Origin: an uncultured Lachnospiraceae bacterium
GTDB taxonomy: Bacteria > Bacillota > Clostridia > Lachnospirales > Lachnospiraceae
NCBI GenBank assembly: GCA_910586405.1
Contig: CAJUII010000006.1
Span: 2,645-66,644, forward strand
Direction: 5' to 3'
DNA length: 64,000 bases
Both the position numbers and the translations under genes were made by a program. Shown piece after piece: positions 38,068 to 50,100 of the stretch. The notes below the pieces were generated by a model. The model saw only the letters and a list, made by a program, of their open reading frames with translations. It was not told where the DNA came from and ran no database searches. Positions within the stretch are counted from its first letter, which is position 1, and each line of letters opens with the position of its first letter.

Positions 38068-39219
38068 TTATCTGCAACTTTTACTTACATTTAATACGAT
38101 TCCGATCTCCGTCAGCAGAAACAAGGTCGAAGTGCCGCCATAACTAATAAAAGGCAGCGTGATTCCAGTATTGGGAATGGTATTGGTCACAACAGCGATA
38201 TTCAATATTACCTGTATGGCATAATGCGCCATCACACCAACCACCAGCAGTGCACCAAATCGATCCACCGCCTTGTTTGCAATAATCATACAGCTCCAGA
38301 TCAACACCACAAAGAGCAGAATGATCGCCAGCGCGCCAAACAGCCCCAACTCTTCGCATATAATAGAAAAAATCATATCGTTCTGCGCCTCTGGCAGAAA
38401 TCCCCGCTTCTGCATACTCTGCCCCAGTCCTTTTCCCCAGATTCCGCCGGAACCGATTGCATATAATGCCTGAAGCGTCTGAAAGGCCTGATCTGTACTG
38501 TACGCTTCGGGATTGAGCCATGCTGCAATACGCGCGAGACGGAATGTCGAACCTGACGTGTCCGCATTGGACACATAGGACACTATCGCAACAACCGCTG
38601 CAAGAACTGCCGCCCCACTCGCAAAAAACCACTTGTAATCAGGCACTGCCACAAAGAGCATCGCAACGGCAATTCCAAGGATGATAACTGCGGAGCTCAG
38701 ATTATTGGTCAGCTCATAGACAAGCACTGCCAGAAACACAGGCGGAACCAGCACGATCGCAAGTCCTTTCGGCGTTCTAATAACATTTTTTCCCAGACTT
38801 TCCAATCGCTGAATGATACTTGACAGGTAGATGATCACGCCAATCTTAGCTACCTCCGCCGGCTGAAATGTAGTGATCCCCACATTGATCCAACGGCTTG
38901 CTCCATTTCTGGTGATGCCGATTGGAGATTTCACCAGCACAATCAGTATCGCAGATACGACGATCGCGAGCACATCAAAGCGCTGCAATGTCTTATATGG
39001 AAATTTGATCATAATAAAGAGCGCTACAAAGCCAACCACTGTATTTTGCGCCTGATTTTTCAGAAAAAATGCTGAGTCCCCGTGATCCATCCCCGCATCA
39101 TAAGAACTGACTGAATAGATCATCAATAGTCCAAATCCAACCAAAAACAACACTACGGTCAACAGAACGTAATCCATGTTATGTTTGCTGCTTCGAAACT
39201 TAACTGGTTGTCTTACCAC
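38068..39219 (-). CDS. ftsW: FtsW/SpoVE SEDS protein
   Basis: NGASRWI, FQPAE, GKGLGQS, LPEAQNDMIF, LPFISYGG. Confidence 0.93.
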   Translation of the reverse strand: MVRQPVKFRSSKHNMDYVLLTVVLFLVGFGLLMIYSVSSYDAGMDHGDSAFFLKNQAQNTVVGFVALFIMIKFPYKTLQRFDVLAIVVSAILIVLVKSPIGITRNGASRWINVGITTFQPAEVAKIGVIIYLSSIIQRLESLGKNVIRTPKGLAIVLVPPVFLAVLVYELTNNLSSAVIILGIAVAMLFVAVPDYKWFFASGAAVLAAVVAIVSYVSNADTSGSTFRLARIAAWLNPEAYSTDQAFQTLQALYAIGSGGIWGKGLGQSMQKRGFLPEAQNDMIFSIICEELGLFGALAIILLFVVLIWSCMIIANKAVDRFGALLVVGVMAHYAIQVILNIAVVTNTIPNTGITLPFISYGGTSTLFLLTEIGIVLNVSKSCR

Positions 39220-39223
39220 AAAA

Positions 39224-40609
39224 TCACTCCTCCAGATTCCTTACATATTCTTTGAACTGGCTGCCCCGCACCTCATAGTTTGGAAACATCCCCCAGCTTG
39301 CACATGCAGGTGACAACAATACCGCGTCTCCCGCACTGGCTTCCCGCACGCAGGTGTCAAGCGCTGCCTCAAAGGTCTCCTCAAACAAAATATCCTTCTT
39401 GGGAAATCCACACTTTACAGCACACTCTGCAATTTTCTCCCGCGTCTGTCCAATCAGCACCAGCTTCTTCACCTTGCCGTCAAAACAGCGCACCCAGTCC
39501 TCATAAGTGCTTCCCTTATCATAACCGCCGCCAAGCAGTACTGTAGGCCGATCCATCGCCTTAATTCCCTGAATGGCCGCATCTGTATTCGTCGCCTTGG
39601 AATCATTGTAATATACAACGCCTTTCTTCGTCGCAACATACTCAATGCGGTGCTCCACCGCCACAAACCGCCGAATGGTCGCCAGTATGTTATTCATCGG
39701 AACCCCCGCGCTCACACAAATGCCGATTGCCGCCATGACATTCTCTATATTACAGACACCGACCAAATTCATGTCTGTCCTGACATTGAGCAGGCGCTCC
39801 GGCATACCGTCTACTGCTAGATAAATTTCCTCTCCCTCATAATACAGACCATTTTCAAGTCTTCGTGCCGAGGAGAAATACAGGACTTTTGCCGGGCATC
39901 TGTCACCGAAATTCCTTGTATATTCATTTTCATAGTTTAAGATACAATAGTCGTCCTTGGTCTGATTCATGGCCACAGCCTCCTTCGCCGCCACATACTT
40001 CTCCATCGTGTGATGGCGGTTTAGATGGTCTGGTGTAATGTTCAAGATCGCGGACACCTGTGGATGAAAGTCCTCGATAGTCTCAAGCTGGAAACTAGAA
40101 ATCTCTGCGACAGAGACTGTGTTCTCACACATCAAAGGCGCCGCGTCCGTGTATGGATTCCCTATATTTCCCACAATGTACACACTGTCCAGATACTCCT
40201 GCATAATCTGTCCCACTAGGGATGTCGTCGTCGTCTTGCCGTTTGTGCCGGTGATTGCGAGCACTCTGCCTTTTGCAAAATGATAGGCAAGCTCTATTTC
40301 CCCCCATATGTGAATGTTATGCTCTTTCATATAAACTACAAAATCTGCATCGACAGGAACACCAGGGCTTAACACTGCGAGCGTCACCCCCTCGACAAGT
40401 ACCTCCTGAAAGGAACCTGTATGGATTTCCGCCTTGGTCTGTCTCCCAAGCTTCTCTGTGAGCACTGCTTTTACCTTCTCTTTGTCCGTATTCTCATTCC
40501 CATCATACAGCACTGGTAATGCATCGTTTTTTTCCAGCAATACCGCCGAGCCAATGCCGCTTTTGCCTGTTCCGACGATAATCACTCTCCTGCCCTTCAA
40601 ATCAATCAT
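39224..40609 (-). CDS. murD: UDP-MurNAc-L-Ala--D-Glu ligase
   Basis: SPG, TGTNGKTTT, EISSFQL, DHLNRH, NDSKATN, SPACAS. Confidence 0.96.
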   Translation of the reverse strand: MIDLKGRRVIIVGTGKSGIGSAVLLEKNDALPVLYDGNENTDKEKVKAVLTEKLGRQTKAEIHTGSFQEVLVEGVTLAVLSPGVPVDADFVVYMKEHNIHIWGEIELAYHFAKGRVLAITGTNGKTTTTSLVGQIMQEYLDSVYIVGNIGNPYTDAAPLMCENTVSVAEISSFQLETIEDFHPQVSAILNITPDHLNRHHTMEKYVAAKEAVAMNQTKDDYCILNYENEYTRNFGDRCPAKVLYFSSARRLENGLYYEGEEIYLAVDGMPERLLNVRTDMNLVGVCNIENVMAAIGICVSAGVPMNNILATIRRFVAVEHRIEYVATKKGVVYYNDSKATNTDAAIQGIKAMDRPTVLLGGGYDKGSTYEDWVRCFDGKVKKLVLIGQTREKIAECAVKCGFPKKDILFEETFEAALDTCVREASAGDAVLLSPACASWGMFPNYEVRGSQFKEYVRNLEE

Positions 40610-40637
40610 GATTCTCTATACACCCTCTCTCAAAATC

Positions 40638-42392
40638 TTATTTATAATCTATTTCTTCTAAATATGGAAGTATATTCTCAAAAAGCTGCCGCACCACTGG
40701 CGCTGCTATCTGTCCGCCGTAATACATCCCCTGCGGCGTATCGATAATGGCAAGCGCCATGACCTTGGGGTCATCTGCGGGTGCAAACCCCAGAAAAGAC
40801 GCAATATACCTGCCGCTTCCTCGCGGAAGCGTCTGGCTTGTTGCCGTTTTTCCTCCTATCCTGAAGCCTTCCACATAGCCATTTTTGCCGCCTCCATTCT
40901 CCACAACCTGCTCTAGTACATACCTTAATTTATCTGTCGTATCAGACGACACGATTCCTTCCGATGTGGGATAGACAAACTCATCTACTGATGTGCCGTC
41001 CGCATTCACCGCTTTCACACCAAAATGAGGTGTCACCAGCTTTCCGCCGTTGATCAGCCCTGCCACAGTTGTCATCAGCCTGACCGGTGTGATCTGAAAG
41101 GACTGTCCAAACGAGATTGTGGCAAGCTCCACTTCACCAATCTTATCCAACTGATGCATGATCGTCCCCGCCTCGCCTGGTAGATCAATTCCCGTCTTTT
41201 GTTTCAATCCAAACTTTGTAAAATACTCATAATAACGCTCCACACCAATCCTGAGCCCCACCATGATAAATACAGGGTTACAGGAGTTCATGACAGCATG
41301 GGTAAAATCCTCCGCTCCATGTCCTGCCACTTTGTGACAGCGTATCTTTCTATCATCCACAATAATATAACCCGGACAAGAAAAATTGTCCTCCAGACGT
41401 ACCGCCCCGCTCTCCAATCCCGCCGCAGCGGTAATGGTCTTAAAGGTGGACCCTGGTTCATAGGTATCATTGATACAACCGTTTCGCCACATTTTATTGA
41501 GTAGATCCTGTGTGCTTTCCTGGCTGTCTTCACGCTGCACCTGAAATTCGTCAATCAGTGTATAGGGTTCATTCAGATGAAACTCTGGCACATCCACCAT
41601 CGCAAGGATCTCACCATTGTTGACATTCATGACGATGATCGAAACACCTGCCGCCTGCTTTGTCTCATATGCCTGCTTTGCAAGCTGTGTCGCATAGCGC
41701 TGAATATTCACATCCAGGCTGATGTACAGGTCTTTTCCCGCTTCTGGTTCCTTTCTGCGCTCCCCCATCCCATCCAGCTCAATGCCCTTCGCATCTGTCA
41801 ATGTGAGAATCTGCCCTTTCTTACCCGTCAGATATTTCTCATATGTTACCTCCAGACCGATAATCCCCTGATTATCCCCACCCGTAAATCCTAACACCTT
41901 GGATGCCAGATCGTCATACGGATAATAACGTTTATAGTCCTCATCCACCTTCACTCCTGCCATATCATAATTTCGTATCTTATCACCAATTTCTTTATCC
42001 ACATTGCTCTTGATACGCTCACGGGCACTGTACTTTTCTACACGTTTGCGCACATATTCCTCAGAAAGTCCCAACTCACGACACAACATGTCAATCACCT
42101 TATCAGGCTCTTTTATCTGACTGTGTATGACCGAAATGGTACATACTGTCTTATTGTCTGCAAGGACAGTTCCTGTCGAATCAATGATCCTGCCCCTTGC
42201 CGCTTTGATATCACGTTCCCGCTCATGAAGATCTGTGGCAAGCGCCGTGTAATGCTCCGAGCAAAAGATCATCAGATATCCCACACGCACGCCAAGCAGC
42301 AGCAATAGCACCACAGACATAATACACAGTACAAAAGTCTTTCTTTTCTGTACGGTCATATTTCGTCTTCCTGTACTGTTTTTGATTGCCAT
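40638..42392 (-). CDS. spoVD: Class B PBP, SpoVD-like
   Basis: RGRIID, EPGSTFK, SCN, KTA; SigE-like GTCATA upstream; start uncertain. Confidence 0.82.
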   Translation of the reverse strand: MAIKNSTGRRNMTVQKRKTFVLCIMSVVLLLLLGVRVGYLMIFCSEHYTALATDLHERERDIKAARGRIIDSTGTVLADNKTVCTISVIHSQIKEPDKVIDMLCRELGLSEEYVRKRVEKYSARERIKSNVDKEIGDKIRNYDMAGVKVDEDYKRYYPYDDLASKVLGFTGGDNQGIIGLEVTYEKYLTGKKGQILTLTDAKGIELDGMGERRKEPEAGKDLYISLDVNIQRYATQLAKQAYETKQAAGVSIIVMNVNNGEILAMVDVPEFHLNEPYTLIDEFQVQREDSQESTQDLLNKMWRNGCINDTYEPGSTFKTITAAAGLESGAVRLEDNFSCPGYIIVDDRKIRCHKVAGHGAEDFTHAVMNSCNPVFIMVGLRIGVERYYEYFTKFGLKQKTGIDLPGEAGTIMHQLDKIGEVELATISFGQSFQITPVRLMTTVAGLINGGKLVTPHFGVKAVNADGTSVDEFVYPTSEGIVSSDTTDKLRYVLEQVVENGGGKNGYVEGFRIGGKTATSQTLPRGSGRYIASFLGFAPADDPKVMALAIIDTPQGMYYGGQIAAPVVRQLFENILPYLEEIDYK

Positions 42393-42457
42393 CCTTACCC
42401 CTACTATCATAAAATATTGTATTACTATTATTTTATGACTGCGGGGACCCTTATATG

Positions 42458-44872
42458 TTAATGTTGAGCGTTTCCATTATCATTGCCAGCATCGCCATTT
42501 TCTGCACCGACACTGACTGGCAAACTGTCATTATCACCATCTGTACCATAATCCATCTCAGCTTTCGCCCCTGATACAGGATCGACCAGCTCGCCGGTCT
42601 CAGGGTCTACAATGTAGGATGGTTTCTTGCTGTCCTCTCCATCTTCAGGATCGCCATCTTCCTGTCCGTCTTCCCCTTTTGTGTCCTTCGAATCATCATC
42701 ACTGGGAGAATCACCGTTCTCGCCTTCCTTTTCCGACGCGTCACCCTGCACGATAGTACCTAACAGATTGTCAATTTCCTCCTGCTCTGCGATCGTCATT
42801 TCCTCTGTCTTAGCAATATGGAGATAGGGAAGCACTTCTGTCAGGATATTCCTGACAATACCTGTCGCATACGTCGCGTGCGCCTGATCATGCACATTTG
42901 GCCGATCTATCACGCAATAGATCGCAATCTGCGGATCATCTGCCGGTGCAAATCCAATAAAAGAAACAACATAGTTTGTCTTGTCGCGCGGCACCCTCTC
43001 CGCCGTTCCTGTCTTGCCGCCAATCGCATATCCAGCCGGACGCGCCGACTTTCCGGTTCCCAGCGCAACAGCATTATGGAGATATTGACGCATCTGTTCT
43101 GATGTTGTTGCCGAAATCGTCTGCTTTAACACTCTAGGTTCAATATTTTTGACTGTATCCCCATTTGAATTTATAATCTTGCTGACCATGTGCGGCTCAT
43201 AGTAATATCCCCCATTTATAATAGAAGAAAAAGCCGTGATCATCTGAATCATTGTGACATTGTATCCCTGTCCAAAAGAGGAAGTCGCAAGCTCTGCCGC
43301 CTTCATTGTATTTTCGTTGTATACCAGCGAGGCGGTTTTTGTCTCCCCTGCGAGATCAATGTTCGTCTTAAGACCAATATTAAAAATCTGCTCAAACTGT
43401 ATCGTGTTCTTGACGCCGATTGCCTCACCCATTTTCATAAATGCCACGTTGCAGGACTGCTCTAAAGAGCCACTGACATTAAGCGTCCCATGACCGCCTC
43501 TCACATTACAATTGATATCATGATCTGCCACATGAAGAAGGCCGCCGCACTCATACGACTCATTTCCCTGAATCCTGCCCGTCTCAAGTCCCGTTGCCAG
43601 CGTAATTGCTTTTGCCGTTGACCCCGGCTCATAGGTATCGGAAATACAGTAATTTTTCCACAAGGCATTTAATGCGTCATAATACGCCTCATCATCCATT
43701 TGCTCAATCTGTTCCGCTGAATAATAGGCCGATAGGTCTTTGGGATTATTGAGATCAAAATCAGGGTAAGTCGCCATAGATTTGATCTCACCATTGTTAC
43801 AATCCTGAATGATCACGCCGATATTGTATGCGCCAAGTCCCTCTCTCTCCTCATTGACATGTTCATCGTTAAATTGTTTAATATATTTCTCGCAGATTGC
43901 CTGCATATTGGCGTCTATTGTACTTACCAGTGTGTATCCGTCCACCGCAGGCACTATCGCTCGCTCTAAAGCCGCATCGTCATTCAGATATCCATAATCC
44001 CTGCCATTTGTTCCGTTAAGCAAATCATTATAGTATTCCTCCAGCCCATAAGTACCATTGTTATCTGTACCCGTAAAGCCAATCACGTCACAGGCGAGGG
44101 AGTTGTTTGGGTATCTTCTGATATACTCCTCCTCAAACCACACGCCGTCGATGATGCCCAACTTTTCATTTCCCTTTTGTTTTGCTTTCTTGTTGTGCTC
44201 ATTTTTACGATCCAGAAACGGGCTCATCTCATCGTAGGTAATCCGCTTTTTGAGCACACGATACTGTGAACCTGGATTCTCCTTCACATACTTGCGCAGC
44301 TCTGACTGGTCGAGTCCAAAACACTCTGACAGTGCGCTCAACGTAGGTTCCTCATTTTCTTTCTTATTGAGCATGACTTTACAGTCAAGAATTACATTGT
44401 ACACTTTCTCGCTTGCCGCAAGAATTGTCCCATTGGCATCTAGGATGCTTCCTCTCTTAAAAGGCAGCGTCTTAGAATCATATCGCTGCTGCGATAAAAT
44501 CTTTTTCTGATAATCATTTTGGTTATCCCTGGCAAGAACGTACAAACGTCCTCCCAATCCCGCAAAAGCCAGCAGTATGATCAACATCATTACCGCCAGC
44601 TTCATTGATTTCACTTTGTTCAGGCTTGCCCGCTGCCTTCTTTTTTTTCTTCGATCAGCCTGTTTATTAGATCTATTGTTCCCACCGCCACGGCTAGCAG
44701 TCCTATTACTGTTTCTATGGACACTGCTCTTTCGGCTGGTACTCTTTCTGCTCCCAGCCGCAGTTCTGCCCTTCGTAGTCCTACTGTTGCTTGTCTTTCT
44801 TCTATTGCTCGTAGTCCTGCTGCCCGTAGTTCTATTACTTCTACTAATATTGGTTCTGCTTCGCTCTGCCAT
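42458..44872 (-). CDS. ftsI: Class B PBP, FtsI-like, with basic N-terminal and acidic C-terminal tails
   Basis: RGSILD, GLEEYY, EPGSTAK, SCN, KTG; follows ftsL. Confidence 0.85.
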   Translation of the reverse strand: MAERSRTNISRSNRTTGSRTTSNRRKTSNSRTTKGRTAAGSRKSTSRKSSVHRNSNRTASRGGGNNRSNKQADRRKKRRQRASLNKVKSMKLAVMMLIILLAFAGLGGRLYVLARDNQNDYQKKILSQQRYDSKTLPFKRGSILDANGTILAASEKVYNVILDCKVMLNKKENEEPTLSALSECFGLDQSELRKYVKENPGSQYRVLKKRITYDEMSPFLDRKNEHNKKAKQKGNEKLGIIDGVWFEEEYIRRYPNNSLACDVIGFTGTDNNGTYGLEEYYNDLLNGTNGRDYGYLNDDAALERAIVPAVDGYTLVSTIDANMQAICEKYIKQFNDEHVNEEREGLGAYNIGVIIQDCNNGEIKSMATYPDFDLNNPKDLSAYYSAEQIEQMDDEAYYDALNALWKNYCISDTYEPGSTAKAITLATGLETGRIQGNESYECGGLLHVADHDINCNVRGGHGTLNVSGSLEQSCNVAFMKMGEAIGVKNTIQFEQIFNIGLKTNIDLAGETKTASLVYNENTMKAAELATSSFGQGYNVTMIQMITAFSSIINGGYYYEPHMVSKIINSNGDTVKNIEPRVLKQTISATTSEQMRQYLHNAVALGTGKSARPAGYAIGGKTGTAERVPRDKTNYVVSFIGFAPADDPQIAIYCVIDRPNVHDQAHATYATGIVRNILTEVLPYLHIAKTEEMTIAEQEEIDNLLGTIVQGDASEKEGENGDSPSDDDSKDTKGEDGQEDGDPEDGEDSKKPSYIVDPETGELVDPVSGAKAEMDYGTDGDNDSLPVSVGAENGDAGNDNGNAQH

Positions 44873-44901
44873 CAAATCACCCTGTATATAATATCACATT
44901 C

Positions 44902-45390
44902 TTATTCAGGAACTTCGCCATACTGACGCACATAATCATTTCCCTCGCCTGTATACTGAACAACCTGTCCTTCCTTTGCGTATTTCATCCCAAGCTCATT
45001 GACTGCGATCCGCTTGATCTCTTCCAGATCAACACTGCTCATAATCTTTGTGTAGGTTTCATCGTTTGCAAGCCGTAACTCATTGAGACTGCTCTCCAGC
45101 TCTGAAATGTTATTGATATGATTGGTAATATCCGACTGAAGTTTTACATAACTCATCAGCACACCGCACACAATCACAAACGCTACAGCCACAACTGCGA
45201 TATACCCCTTATTCATGGGAACCGCTTTTACTTTTGTCCTGCGCACAGACTGTGTCCGAATCGATGAACGCTCATATTCACGTCCAGTCTGTGTAGTTTG
45301 CAGTTTTCTGACTGCACTTCCATCTATATAATTATAATTCTGAGTAGTGTTTCGGCTTCCGCCATGACTGCCTGCACGTCCCATGTTCAC
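44902..45390 (-). CDS. ftsL: Cell division protein FtsL-like
   Basis: YIDGSAVRK, TM, coiled coil, IAVNELGM; follows rsmH. Confidence 0.8.
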   Translation of the reverse strand: MNMGRAGSHGGSRNTTQNYNYIDGSAVRKLQTTQTGREYERSSIRTQSVRRTKVKAVPMNKGYIAVVAVAFVIVCGVLMSYVKLQSDITNHINNISELESSLNELRLANDETYTKIMSSVDLEEIKRIAVNELGMKYAKEGQVVQYTGEGNDYVRQYGEVPE

Positions 45391-45419
45391 TGTTCCTTCC
45401 TTATTATAATATACTGTAA

Positions 45420-46355
45420 CTATATGCGCTCAAAAACTCTGAGTTTTGCGCTCTTTGACCGTGAATTGGTATCCAGTTCGTCCTGAGAAGGCAAAATGGG
45501 CTTTCTCGTCACAACTCTTCCATAGGGAATCTTTCCACAGACACACACAGGAAACTCTGGTGGACATGTACACGGATTTTCCATCTCTCTGAAAAAATTC
45601 TTGACAATTCTATCCTCCAACGAGTGAAATGTGATAATGCAGAGCCGCCCCTGTGGATTTAACAGATAAATCAAATCTCCGAGCGTATTTTTGAGCACTT
45701 CCAACTCATGATTGCACTCTATACGTATTGCCTGAAATGTCCGTTTCGATGGATGTCCCCCCAATGAACGCATTTTTGCTGGAATCGCTGCCTTGATGAT
45801 CTCATTTAACTCAAATGTCGTTTCAATCGGCTTCTGTTTCCTCGCCTGCACAATATGCTTTGCTATATTTTTAGCAAACTGATCCTCTCCGTAGTCCTTG
45901 ATCACCCAATACAGCCTTTGCTCATCATAGTCATTTACAATCTCTCTCGCCGTCAACTCCTGACGCTGATCCATACGCATATCAAGTGGTGTGTCATACT
46001 TGTAGGTAAATCCCCGGTCTACAGTGTCAAGCTGATAAGATGACACCCCCAGATCCAGGAGGATTCCATCAACCTTTTCCACACCTTGCTCTCTAAGTAC
46101 TTCTCTTGCGTTACAGTAATTATCTCTGATAATGACTGCTCTCTCCCCAAATTCCTCCAATCGTTCGCCTGCAGCCTCTATGGCATCTGCATCCTGATCT
46201 ATCCCATACAAGCGACCATTATCCTTGAGTTTCTTACACACCTCGAAGGCGTGTCCACCGCCGCCGAGTGTACCGTCCAAATATACTCCCGTCGGCGTAA
46301 TGTTCAGTGCTTCAATCGTTTCCTTCAGCAATACTGACTTGTGTCTAAATTCCAT
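45420..46355 (-). CDS. rsmH: 16S rRNA m4C1402 methyltransferase
   Basis: [33 protein letters not shown]. Confidence 0.96.
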   Translation of the reverse strand: MEFRHKSVLLKETIEALNITPTGVYLDGTLGGGGHAFEVCKKLKDNGRLYGIDQDADAIEAAGERLEEFGERAVIIRDNYCNAREVLREQGVEKVDGILLDLGVSSYQLDTVDRGFTYKYDTPLDMRMDQRQELTAREIVNDYDEQRLYWVIKDYGEDQFAKNIAKHIVQARKQKPIETTFELNEIIKAAIPAKMRSLGGHPSKRTFQAIRIECNHELEVLKNTLGDLIYLLNPQGRLCIITFHSLEDRIVKNFFREMENPCTCPPEFPVCVCGKIPYGRVVTRKPILPSQDELDTNSRSKSAKLRVFERI

Positions 46356-46413
46356 TCATGACTTCCTTTCCGAAGTCCGCCTCAGCGCTGCACTGGAATA
46401 TCCAGCTCCCCAA

Positions 46414-46845
46414 CTAGATCATCAATCCCAGCTCAGTCATATGTTCTGCGATATCATCCATATCGTCATACTCTGAAGTTTCCTCCCACCGTTCTTTGCT
46501 CCAGATCTCAATCCGTCCTCCTACTCCCACAAGGACTACTTCTTTATCCAGATCTGCAAATTCCCTCAACACAGACGGTATCAGTATTCTTCCCTGCTTA
46601 TCTACCTCCACACTGGCTGCACCTGCCAGAAAAAAACGGACAAACTTGCGAGCACCCTTGTCCATCAGCGGTAAAGCTTTCAGCTTCTCTTCAAAAGCGG
46701 ACCACTCGGTGTTATCATACACAAACAGACAGCCATCGAGTCCCTTCGTTACCACGAAATCATCTCCCAAAACTTCGCGGAACTTCGAGGGAATAATCAG
46801 CCTGCCTTTTGTGTCAATCGTATGATTGTATTCTCCCATGAACAT
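46414..46845 (-). CDS. mraZ: Transcriptional regulator MraZ
   Basis: MFMGEY.H.IDTKGR, DKQGRI, IEIW. Confidence 0.96.
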   Translation of the reverse strand: MFMGEYNHTIDTKGRLIIPSKFREVLGDDFVVTKGLDGCLFVYDNTEWSAFEEKLKALPLMDKGARKFVRFFLAGAASVEVDKQGRILIPSVLREFADLDKEVVLVGVGGRIEIWSKERWEETSEYDDMDDIAEHMTELGLMI

Positions 46846-46855
46846 GCAACCACCA

Positions 46856-46891
46856 CCACTTTGCACCACTTCGCTCCACTTTCTACCACTT
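46856..46891 (-). promoter_or_regulatory. MraZ-binding repeats (AAGTGG x4, 10-bp period)
   Basis: CCACTT at 46856, 46866, 46876 and 46886 on the plus strand. Confidence 0.85.
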
Positions 46892-47056
46892 TATTTACAT
46901 TTTACATGAAAAGCAATGAAATAACAAGTATTTCTTTTGTATTGTGTAATTTTTTATAAATCTTTTTTACTCAAATTTACCCAAATATTGTGCTTATTTT
47001 ACGCTAATCCCCCCACATTTTGATTATAGCAAAGTCTATTTGGTATATTTTGTCAC

Positions 47057-47104
47057 AAAAAGTGGAGAAATCCCACAAAATATATGGGGGATTCCTCCAC
47101 TTTT
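47057..47104 (-). terminator. Terminator after polC
   Basis: AAAAGTGGAG..ATCCC / GGGAT..CTCCACTTTT hairpin. Confidence 0.7.
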
Positions 47105-47124
47105 CATGTTTTTTAAACACTGTT

Positions 47125-50100
47125 CTATCCGACTAAATCAAACAAACTGATCTGATTGGACTCCGGTATATCACCCAGAAGTCCTAGATCCGCCATCAAG
47201 TCAATCACCGTTTTCGATACCTTCGTTCGACTCCTGAAATCATCCTTTGATAAAAATGGTCCATCCTTTGCCGCTTCCATGATCGCATCCGCCGCCTTCT
47301 CGCCAAGACCTTCTATACTGCTCAATGACGGCATTACCCTGTCATTGACAATCTGGAAATTCCTTGAGTGCGCCTTAAAGATATCAATCGGCTCAAACGT
47401 GAAACCTCTCGCATACATCTCCTGCACAATGCGCATATCTTTCAGCGCATCCTGCTCTTTGTTGGACAGGCTGTCGCTGCGCTTCTTGTACTCCGCCATG
47501 ACACGCTCTAGGTGTTCACGCCCCAGGCACATCGTCTCATAGGAAAAAGCCGAAGCCCGAATGCTGAAAAAAGCACAGTAGTATGCCAGCGGGTAATTGA
47601 TCTTACAATACGCAATACGCCAACCCATCATGACATACGCCGCCGCATGTGCCTTTGGAAACATATATTGGATTTTCTCGCATGACCACACATACCAGTC
47701 CGGCACATTATGATCCAGCATATCCTGCTTCCACTCCTCCCAGTTTCCGCATTTTTTCTTTGCGACAGTGCCCTTACGCACTGCCTCCATAATCTTGAAG
47801 GACTCTTCAGAGTCGAGTCCCATCCCAATAAGATAGGTCATAATGTCATCACGTGTACAGATCGCAGTGGAAATCGTTGCTTTCCCCTCCTGAATCAAAG
47901 TCTGCGCATTGCCAAGCCAAACATCTGTTCCATGTGATAATCCTGAGATTCTAACCAGATCTGAAAAATATTTAGGTTGTGCGTCGATGACCATCTGCAT
48001 CGCAAAATCCGTACCAAACTCTGGAATGCCAAGACATCCCAGCTTACATCCGCCAATATCGTCAGGTGTAATGCCAAGCGCAGACGTATTCTGGAAGAGC
48101 GACATGACCTCCTTATCGTCAAGCGGAATCGTCGTCGGGTCGATTCCTGTCAAATCCTGGAGCATACGTATCATCGTTGGATCGTCGTGCCCGAGAATAT
48201 CGAGCTTCAACAGATTGTGGTCAATCGAATGATAATCAAAGTGGGTTGTGATCGTATCCGTTGTCATGTCGTTTGCAGGATGCTGAACCGGCGTAAACGA
48301 ATTGATCTCCTCCCCCACGGGCAGCACGACAATGCCGCCGGGATGTTGTCCCGTAGTACGTCTCACCCCAACGCATCCCTCCACAATGCGGTTAATCTCA
48401 CTGGTCCGCTTTTGCTTGCCCCGCTCCTCATAATAGTTTTTCACATATCCAAATGCCGTCTTGTCTGCCAGCGTACCGATCGTCCCCGCACGGAAGGTCT
48501 GCCCATACCCAAAGATAACCTCCGTATATTTGTGTGCCTTACTCTGGTATTCACCAGAAAAATTCAGATCAATATCTGGCTCTTTGTTTCCCTTAAAACC
48601 CAGAAACGTTTCGAAAGGAATGTCAAATCCATCTTTGATCAGTTTTTCACCGCAGACCGGACAAATCTTGTCAGGCATATCACAGCCAGCCATGCCAGCA
48701 AACTTCTTGACCTCCTCCGAATAAAAATCACTGTAATGACGATTTTTACAATAATAGTGCGGGCTGAGCGGATTTACTTCCGTAATCCCAGCCATCGTTG
48801 CCACGAAAGAAGATCCGACAGACCCACGCGAGCCCACCAGATAACCGTCCTCCACAGATTTCCACACAAGCTTCTGCGCAATGATATACATCACGGCAAA
48901 TCCATTGTTGATAATAGAGTTTAGCTCCCGCTTCAGTCTTGCCTCCACAAGATCAGGAAGCGTATCCCCGTACATTTCATGTGCCTTCCTGTAACAGATC
49001 TCGGTGAGCTGCTGGTCGCTGTTCTCGATGACCGGCGGACATTTATCCGGTCGCACAGGCGCAATCCTGTCACACATGTCCGCAATCTTATTCGTATTTG
49101 TGATGACAATCTCCTCCGCCTTCTCACTGCCCAGATAATAAGAAAACTCATCCAGCATCTCCTCCGTCGTGCGAAGATAAAGCGGCGCCTGATCATCTGC
49201 ATCCTTAAAACCTTTGCCCGTCATGATGATGCGTCTGTACACCTCATCCTCCGGGTCGAGAAAATGTACATCACAGGTGGCAACCACCGGCTTCTGAAAC
49301 TGTTCTCCAAGCTTGACCACCCGCTTGTTCAGCGCGATCAAATCCTCCTCTGAGTGAATCTCTCTGTGCCTCTCCGATTCGATCATAAAACGGTTATTGC
49401 CAATCGGCTGTATCTCAAGATAATCGTAAAAGTCTACAATATGGGCAATCTGCTCCTCACTCTGCCCGTCAAGCATTGCGCGGAACAATTCTCCTGCCTC
49501 GCAGGCGCTACCCAGGATCAGCCCTTCCCTGTACTGCAAAATCAAGCTCTTTGGTATCAGCGGTCTCTTGTAGAAATATGTCAGATGGGATGCTGACACA
49601 AGCTTGTACAGATTTATGCGACCCGTCTGGTTTTTCGCTAATATGATAATATGAAAAGAATGAAGCTTTCTGACCGCATCAACGCTTGACTTCCCCATCT
49701 CATTCATCGCTTCAAGCGTATATACGTCTTCCTTTGCCAGCATATCAATAAACTTTAAAAAGATCTCTGCTGTACACTCTGCATCATCGACTGCTCTGTG
49801 ATGATTTTCCAATGAAATTTTCAATGTTTTTGCAACGGCATCCAATGTATATTTTGCCTGCCCTGTCAGCAGCATCCGGGCGATTCCAACCGTATCCACA
49901 TACGTAAAATCTACGGGAATCTGCTGCCTTTTTGCATTTTCACTGATAAATCCCACGTCGAAGTTCGCATTGTGCGCTACAAGTACTGCATCGCCCACAA
50001 ACTCCAGAAATTTAGGCAGCACCTTCTCGATTGTCTCCGCATCGATCACCATACTGTCATTGATGCTGGTGAGCTTTTCAATTTCAAATGGAATTGGCAC

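Noticed and set aside
47057..47104. AAGTGGAG in both arms of the polC terminator as extra MraZ sites
   Set aside because: Inverted rather than 10-bp-phased direct repeats; the hairpin explains them
47977..48924. Long antisense ORFs (315 aa in polC, 285 aa in GH25, 228 aa in ftsZ, 227 aa in sleC and others)
   Set aside because: Shadows of well-supported genes with no motifs or RBS
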